From IMG/VR virus record IMGVR_UViG_3300048574_000423, positions 2,732 to 66,731 of that record: 64,000 nt of DNA. One strand, given 5' to 3'. The stretch is from a virus. Each line of letters opens with the position of its first letter. Positions within the stretch are counted from its first letter, which is position 1. Of the stretch, positions 59,293 to 64,000 are shown one piece after another. Made by a program: the position numbers and the translations under genes. The notes beneath the pieces were generated by a model. It saw only the letters and a list, made by a program, of their open reading frames with translations, searched no databases and was not told the DNA's origin.

Positions 59293-60599
59293 ATCAGACA
59301 ACCACACGGCTGGTCACTCAGGTTCGCCCTGCCGCGCAGGAGACGCCGCACATCCTGAACGTGGCGGCTTACGCTCGGGTCTCACTGGAAAAGGATACCA
59401 TGCTGCACTCGTTCTCGGCACAGGTGGATTACTACAGCCGCCTGATCGGAAAGCAGCCCGACTGGAATTTCGCGGGTGTGTACGCCGACAAGGCGCTTAC
59501 CGGCACCAAGGCTTCCCGCCCGGAGTTCCAGCGGCTGCTCGCGGATTGCCGCGCCGGGAAGATCGACATAGTGATCACCAAATCCATCAGCCGCTTCGCC
59601 CGCAACACGGTGACGCTGCTGGAGGCAGTGCGCGAACTGAAGGCGCTGGGCGTTGACGTATATTTTGAGGAACAGAACATCCACTCGCTCAGCGCGGATG
59701 GCGAACTGATGCTGACCATCCTGGCATCCTACGCACAGGAGGAGAGCCGCTCGGTCTCGGAAAACTGTAAGTGGCGCATTCGGCGCGACTTCGAAAAGGG
59801 CATTCCCACGCCGACGCGGCTCAACGGGTACCGGATGCGGGACGGTGAGCTGCAAGTGATTCCCGAGGAAGCGGAGACGGTAAAGACGATCTTCGGCCTG
59901 TATCTGGAGGGCTACGGAAAGAATGCCATCGCCCGGCGGCTGAATGGGATGGGGATACCCGCCCTGAACGGCGGCCTGTGGAACGACTCCGCGATCGGAA
60001 GCATCCTGCGCAACGAGAAGTACCAGGGCGATCTTCTCTTGCAGAAGCAGTTCACCGTGGATCATCTGGGCAAGAAGGTCCGCCCGAACCGTGGCGAATT
60101 GCCCCAGGTGTTCGTCATGGATGACCACGAGCCCATTGTATCCCGCGAGACGTTTGAGACCACACAGGAGATCATCCGGGAACGCGCGGAACAATTCACC
60201 CATGAGAAGGACCTGAACAAATCCTACCCCTTCTCACGCAAACTGGTCTGCGACGGCTGCGGCAGGTGCTACAAGCGGCGCATGAACAACGGTAAGCGCA
60301 CGTGGCAATGCTCCACCTATATGAGCCACGGCAAGGCATACTGCGCGGCCAAGCAGGTACATGAGGAAATCCTCGAACGCGAAGCTGCCGCCGCGCTGGG
60401 CCTTGTAGAATTTGATGCGGCTGTCTTCGCGGAGCAGGTCGAAAGCATCCGCGTCTGCTCCGGCAACCGGCTTGAGTTCATATTCCGAGACGGGCATACG
60501 CAGGAGCGGATATGGGAGGACCCGACCCGCCGCGACAGTTGGACGGACGAAATGCGAAGGCAGGCGGCGGAGAAAACCAGAAAGAGGCGCGAACGATGA
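59289..60599 (+). CDS. Large serine recombinase 1
   Basis: AAYARVS (catalytic Ser), TKSISRFARN, NEKYQGD, zinc ribbon CDGC. Confidence 0.92.
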   Translation: MNQTTTRLVTQVRPAAQETPHILNVAAYARVSLEKDTMLHSFSAQVDYYSRLIGKQPDWNFAGVYADKALTGTKASRPEFQRLLADCRAGKIDIVITKSISRFARNTVTLLEAVRELKALGVDVYFEEQNIHSLSADGELMLTILASYAQEESRSVSENCKWRIRRDFEKGIPTPTRLNGYRMRDGELQVIPEEAETVKTIFGLYLEGYGKNAIARRLNGMGIPALNGGLWNDSAIGSILRNEKYQGDLLLQKQFTVDHLGKKVRPNRGELPQVFVMDDHEPIVSRETFETTQEIIRERAEQFTHEKDLNKSYPFSRKLVCDGCGRCYKRRMNNGKRTWQCSTYMSHGKAYCAAKQVHEEILEREAAAALGLVEFDAAVFAEQVESIRVCSGNRLEFIFRDGHTQERIWEDPTRRDSWTDEMRRQAAEKTRKRRER

Positions 60600-62137
60600 G
60601 CAATGCAAAGAAGATCACGGTGATGCCCGCGACACTGAACCGCTTTACCGCCATGCCGATCCACGGCACCCGGAAGCGCCGGGTCGCCGCCTACGCGCGT
60701 GTTTCCACGGATCAGGAAGAACAGCTCAGCAGCTATGAAGCGCAGGTGGACTACTACACGCAGTATATCCACTCCAAGGATGAATGGGAATTCGTGAAGG
60801 TGTATACCGATGAGGGAATCAGCGCCACCAACACCAAGAAGCGCGACGGCTTCAATCAGATGGTACAGGACGCGCTGGACGGCAAGATCGACCTGATCAT
60901 CACAAAATCCATCTCACGCTTCGCCCGCAATACGGTGGACAGTCTGACCACGGTTCGCGCGCTTAAGGAGAAGGGCGTCGAGGTATTCTTCGAAAAGGAG
61001 AACATCTACACCCTGGATTCCAAGGGTGAGTTGCTCATCACCATCATGTCAAGCCTGGCCCAGGAGGAAAGCCGCTCGATCTCCGAGAACGTCACTTGGG
61101 GTATGCGCAAGCGCTTCGCCGATGGCAAGGTCAGTATGCCCTACAAGGTCTTCCTGGGATACCGGAAGGGCGCGAACGGCCAGCCGGAGATCGTCCCCGA
61201 GGAAGCTGAGATCGTGGTTCATATCTACGACCTGTTCCTGGAGGGCAAATCGCCCTCCTTCATCGCGCGGCAACTGACCGCCGAGGGCATCGTTACGCCC
61301 GGTGGTAAGGCCAGATGGACGCCCAACCGCATTGAGAACGTCCTGACCAACGAAAAGTACAAGGGCGATGCCCTCTTGCAAAAGAAGTTCACGGTGGACT
61401 TCCTGACCAAGAAAACCAAGGTCAACGAGGGGGAAGTGCCGCAGTACTATGTGGAGGGCAGCCACCCGGCCATCATCCCACCGGAGAAGTTCGACGCCGT
61501 GCAAGCGGAGATGCAGCGCCGGAAAGCGAACCCGCACCGGTTCTACACGCCGCATGGCTTCTCCGGGTACATCTTCTGCGAGGATTGCGGCGGTCTGTAC
61601 GGTAGCAAGACCTGGCATTCCACGGATTGCTATAAGAAGGTGGTGTGGCAGTGCAATGCGAAGTACAAGCATGAAAAGCTCTGCCAGACGCCGCTGGTCC
61701 ATACCGAGGAAATGCAGGCGGCCTTCGTGCAGGCGATCAACCGGGTGGTCGGCAGCAAGGCTGAGATCATCGACCTCTGCGAAAAAGCTCTAAACCGGCA
61801 GACGGAAGTAGACAACCTGTCAAAGCAGATCGGCAAGTTCCAAGCCGAGTTGGAAGTCGTATCCGAACTCATGCAGCGGCCTGCGCCGGATCAGGAGGAG
61901 TACATAGCGCGCTGCATGGAAATCCGCCAGCGGCTTGACGAGGCCACGGCCCAGAAAACCCAGATGACCGCCAAGCGCAGCAAGATCATGACGTATCTCC
62001 AGACGCTTCGAAAGGCTGACTTGATCACTGAATTTGACGAGATGCTGTGGTACGGTACGGTGGATCGGGTGTGGGTATCAGCAAAAGGCAGCATCCGGTT
62101 CGTGTTCAAGGATGGTCAGGAAGTTGAGATCAAGTAA
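60596..62137 (+). CDS. Large serine recombinase 2
   Basis: VAAYARVSTD, TKSISRFARN, NEKYKGD, CEDCG, coiled coil. Confidence 0.92.
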   Translation: MSNAKKITVMPATLNRFTAMPIHGTRKRRVAAYARVSTDQEEQLSSYEAQVDYYTQYIHSKDEWEFVKVYTDEGISATNTKKRDGFNQMVQDALDGKIDLIITKSISRFARNTVDSLTTVRALKEKGVEVFFEKENIYTLDSKGELLITIMSSLAQEESRSISENVTWGMRKRFADGKVSMPYKVFLGYRKGANGQPEIVPEEAEIVVHIYDLFLEGKSPSFIARQLTAEGIVTPGGKARWTPNRIENVLTNEKYKGDALLQKKFTVDFLTKKTKVNEGEVPQYYVEGSHPAIIPPEKFDAVQAEMQRRKANPHRFYTPHGFSGYIFCEDCGGLYGSKTWHSTDCYKKVVWQCNAKYKHEKLCQTPLVHTEEMQAAFVQAINRVVGSKAEIIDLCEKALNRQTEVDNLSKQIGKFQAELEVVSELMQRPAPDQEEYIARCMEIRQRLDEATAQKTQMTAKRSKIMTYLQTLRKADLITEFDEMLWYGTVDRVWVSAKGSIRFVFKDGQEVEIK

Positions 62138-62188
62138 GGCGAGAGTCTATGAAAGCGGCACATTCCATCGCGGGATGTGCCGTTATTC

Positions 62189-63565
62189 TCATTTCGGAGA
62201 GTTGCTATCGCGCTTTGGTTTCCGGGCGTGTAGCCTTTTTTGTAGTTTCCCCCATGCGCGTTTTGTATCCCGATCTATCGATTCTCTTTCTCCAAAAATA
62301 CGCTTAGCTCTATCAACATAGCTCAGGAAATTGCCTTTTTTCATTTTGGCTGTGAACTTTCCGCTGTTTGATTTCTCATCTTTCCCATACCTGGAGTATA
62401 GACGATATATTCTGCTCATTGGTATTTTGTTGCCAAATTTCGTCCTCCCATGATTCTGAGATATAGTGTCTGCTTTTCGATACATGCGACCATAGTATTT
62501 AGAAATAGTTTTTGAACGAATGCGGATAGTAATCCCGTCAAAAGTGAACCCTAAATATGATATTGCATTGATGCGGTTTGCTGATGCGTTATCACACATC
62601 GCCTTGTTTGTAATGTTGCCTTCGCTATACTCATACACTTGCGTCTTTTGGGTCTCTAGTTTGAGTCCTGGGACTTTTTGAACTTCACTAAAAATAGTGG
62701 ATAACCGTTTGCCAAATTCATTTTCTTCGGAATATGGAAGAACAATAATAAAGTCATCACAATACCTTCGATATACGCCACCGAGATAACTTACATAATT
62801 ATTTAATGATTTATCTAAATCAATTAAGTAAACATTAGAAAATACCGCACTTATTGCCGATCCTTGCGGTATTCCATAGTCGTTGCTATTTGTAATAATA
62901 TGAGTGCGTTTGTATGACCGAAACTGATCGGGTGAGAAAACGCGCTCTAAACTATAAAACTCTTTGCGTGTCATCCCTTTGAATTCTTTGATAGAGTCCA
63001 AGTCCAAGTATGAATAGCGCGTAATACTCCGGAAAACCGAATACATGTCGTCAGGGAGTCTGTCTGCTCCAAGGAGCGAGCAAAGCATATTCTTAAGATA
63101 AGCGTGTGATATATTGTCAAAGTATCCTGTAAAATCTCCAATAATCACATGAGCATGAGCGATCCTTTTTATTGTATCGAAAGAATCCTTTGCAAAGTGT
63201 ATGTTGTTTCGGTGCATATTGTTTCGGTAAGCGATAGCACATTTATTTGTTCCGTCAGTTTTGACTCGGACGTTATATTTTTCATTAACAAGATAAGCAT
63301 AGTATTCGTATATATAACGATCAATGTGGCTTGAATACATAATATTACGCTCCTTGGGGGAATCGCGATTTTCTTGCTTCCCGGCAAGATATTTCTTCGG
63401 ATATTTATATGCAGTTTGTGTGTAGTGAATGAATGGATAAAAGGCATGTTTCGATATACTGTCAGGATTTTCGACAGTAGAATATACATTACGCCAATGA
63501 ATCCTGGCATCAAAATGAGGATACTTTTTGTACTTGTAAATCCTCTCGCGTAGCTTTTGATTCAT
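62189..63565 (-). CDS. drt2: Defence-associated reverse transcriptase, DRT type 2 (UG2)
   Basis: N-terminal YPHFD, ERNIMYSSHID, GDFTGYFDNI, GIPQGSAIS, YRRYCDD, YLGFTFDG. Standalone gene with a structured ~300-nt leader; RBS AGGAG. Confidence 0.85.
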   Translation of the reverse strand: MNQKLRERIYKYKKYPHFDARIHWRNVYSTVENPDSISKHAFYPFIHYTQTAYKYPKKYLAGKQENRDSPKERNIMYSSHIDRYIYEYYAYLVNEKYNVRVKTDGTNKCAIAYRNNMHRNNIHFAKDSFDTIKRIAHAHVIIGDFTGYFDNISHAYLKNMLCSLLGADRLPDDMYSVFRSITRYSYLDLDSIKEFKGMTRKEFYSLERVFSPDQFRSYKRTHIITNSNDYGIPQGSAISAVFSNVYLIDLDKSLNNYVSYLGGVYRRYCDDFIIVLPYSEENEFGKRLSTIFSEVQKVPGLKLETQKTQVYEYSEGNITNKAMCDNASANRINAISYLGFTFDGITIRIRSKTISKYYGRMYRKADTISQNHGRTKFGNKIPMSRIYRLYSRYGKDEKSNSGKFTAKMKKGNFLSYVDRAKRIFGERESIDRDTKRAWGKLQKRLHARKPKRDSNSPK

Positions 63566-63569
63566 CTTT

Positions 63570-63864
63570 GAAGCACTCCTTTGCCCAAAAATGAGAGACT
63601 CGCCGGTAAGTGCAGCCTACTTTGATCCGGCGAGTCCACGATTGAACAATCCGACCAAACCACTGAACATGAATAAGGCGGGATGGCTGCATCCGAAGTT
63701 GCCCTCGCGCACTTTCATACCTTGTGCTATACTGAAGGAGGGCTGCTCGATGATAATGCTGGCGACGCTATGCGCGCTCAACGCTTACCTCGATTTCGCC
63801 GGTCAAGTTCTGGTTAACTACTTGACAGACGCAATATACTACCCTTATGACAACTCATAAGGCA
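63570..63864 (-). ncRNA. DRT2-associated template ncRNA
   Basis: Starts just after a TGcTATAAT promoter. 5' hairpin 63843-63862, template 63726-63842, ACA at 63723-63725, 10-bp stem 63597-63636 and a 7-bp pseudoknot pairing. The 3' end is approximate. Confidence 0.8.
63726..63842 (+). other. neo: Predicted cDNA repeat unit of a Neo-like hidden gene (39 aa)
   Basis: 117 nt, stop-free in the frame AILKEGCSMIMLATLCALNAYLDFAGQVLVNYLTDAIYY. TATACT near the start, AAGGAGG-8nt-ATG, TTGACA near the end. Confidence 0.75.
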
Positions 63865-63869
63865 ACTTT

Positions 63870-63878
63870 ATTATAGCA
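63870..63878 (-). promoter_or_regulatory. Extended -10 promoter of the ncRNA-drt2 unit
   Basis: The minus strand reads TGcTATAAT, placing the start site near 63863-63864 at the base of the 5' hairpin. Confidence 0.7.
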
Positions 63879-63982
63879 TATGTTGGCATAATACAAAACC
63901 TACGGCCAAAGAAATTAACAAAAATTTACGTGATGCATTTAGAGAAAATGCGAGTTTTACTCTGGTATACCCGTCGCGGGAT

Positions 63983-64000
63983 GGCGTGTAATGATGCACC
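63983..64000 (+). repeat. Right copy of the 18-bp direct repeat (candidate att/terminal motif)
   Basis: GGCGTGTAATGATGCACC; may extend beyond the window. Confidence 0.6.

Larger units (their letters stand above)
1485..64000. mobile_element. Siphovirus-type prophage integrated by serine recombinases, with defence cargo at both ends
   Basis: Complete module order: immunity, replication, packaging, head, tail, lysis, recombinases. Bracketed by an 18-bp near-identical repeat; boundaries inferred. Confidence 0.8.

Noticed and set aside
51677-63565. Diversity-generating retroelement (RT plus repeated tail genes)
   Set aside because: The tail repeats differ at synonymous and mixed positions, not adenine-specifically. 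No non-coding TR or avd-like gene was seen, and the RT motifs and leader fit DRT2.
63723-63842. 120-nt (40-aa) repeat unit including the TGT
   Set aside because: It stays in frame but gives a 20-bp -35/-10 spacer; the 117-nt unit gives 17 bp. Not fully excluded without junction reads.
63591-63860. 89-aa ORF as an ordinary gene
   Set aside because: It lies antisense to the ncRNA scaffold and has no clear RBS at 63591; its 3' part is better explained as the neo template.
62189-63864. Retron or group II intron
   Set aside because: No retron VTG motif, no long a1/a2 inverted repeats bracketing an msr-msd, no effector gene, and no intron maturase/endonuclease domain or domain V hairpin seen.
1-64000. 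tRNA, rRNA or IS elements
   Set aside because: No cloverleaf, rRNA-like or transposase signatures recognised by eye; tRNAscan-SE and ISEScan were not run.

Overview
The window is almost entirely one apparently intact, GC-rich siphovirus-type prophage of a Clostridia-like host (about 1.5 kb to the right edge), with AT-rich defence cargo at both ends. Left edge: a frameshifted B12-binding radical SAM gene (probably host) and a serine-recombinase remnant. 3.3-18.8 kb: defence island (DUF3800 plus PD-(D/E)XK-like pair, GmrSD-like DUF262/DUF1524, and a type III R-M operon with SNF2 helicase, DUF4391 and two inserted genes). 18.9-22 kb: immunity (SprT-like, antirepressor-like, ImmA, XRE). 22-31.4 kb: replication (SNF2, PolA, primase-helicase, VRR-NUC). 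31.5-37.2 kb: HNH, cos-like site, Fic, terS and a DNA-modification cluster (ParB-N, Mom-like, PAPS-reductase-like, ParB-methylase). 38-57 kb: HK97-like head, tail, and a duplicated tail-fibre/partner cassette. Then lysis genes and two large serine recombinases. The standout is the right end: a DRT2-type (YCDD) antiviral reverse transcriptase with an upstream ncRNA. Its 117-nt template carries a -10, an RBS/ATG and a TTGACA in permuted order. Head-to-tail cDNA concatenation would build a 17-bp-spaced promoter and a stop-free 39-aa repeat ORF (a Neo-like hidden gene). All family assignments come from motif recognition by eye; no database searches were run.
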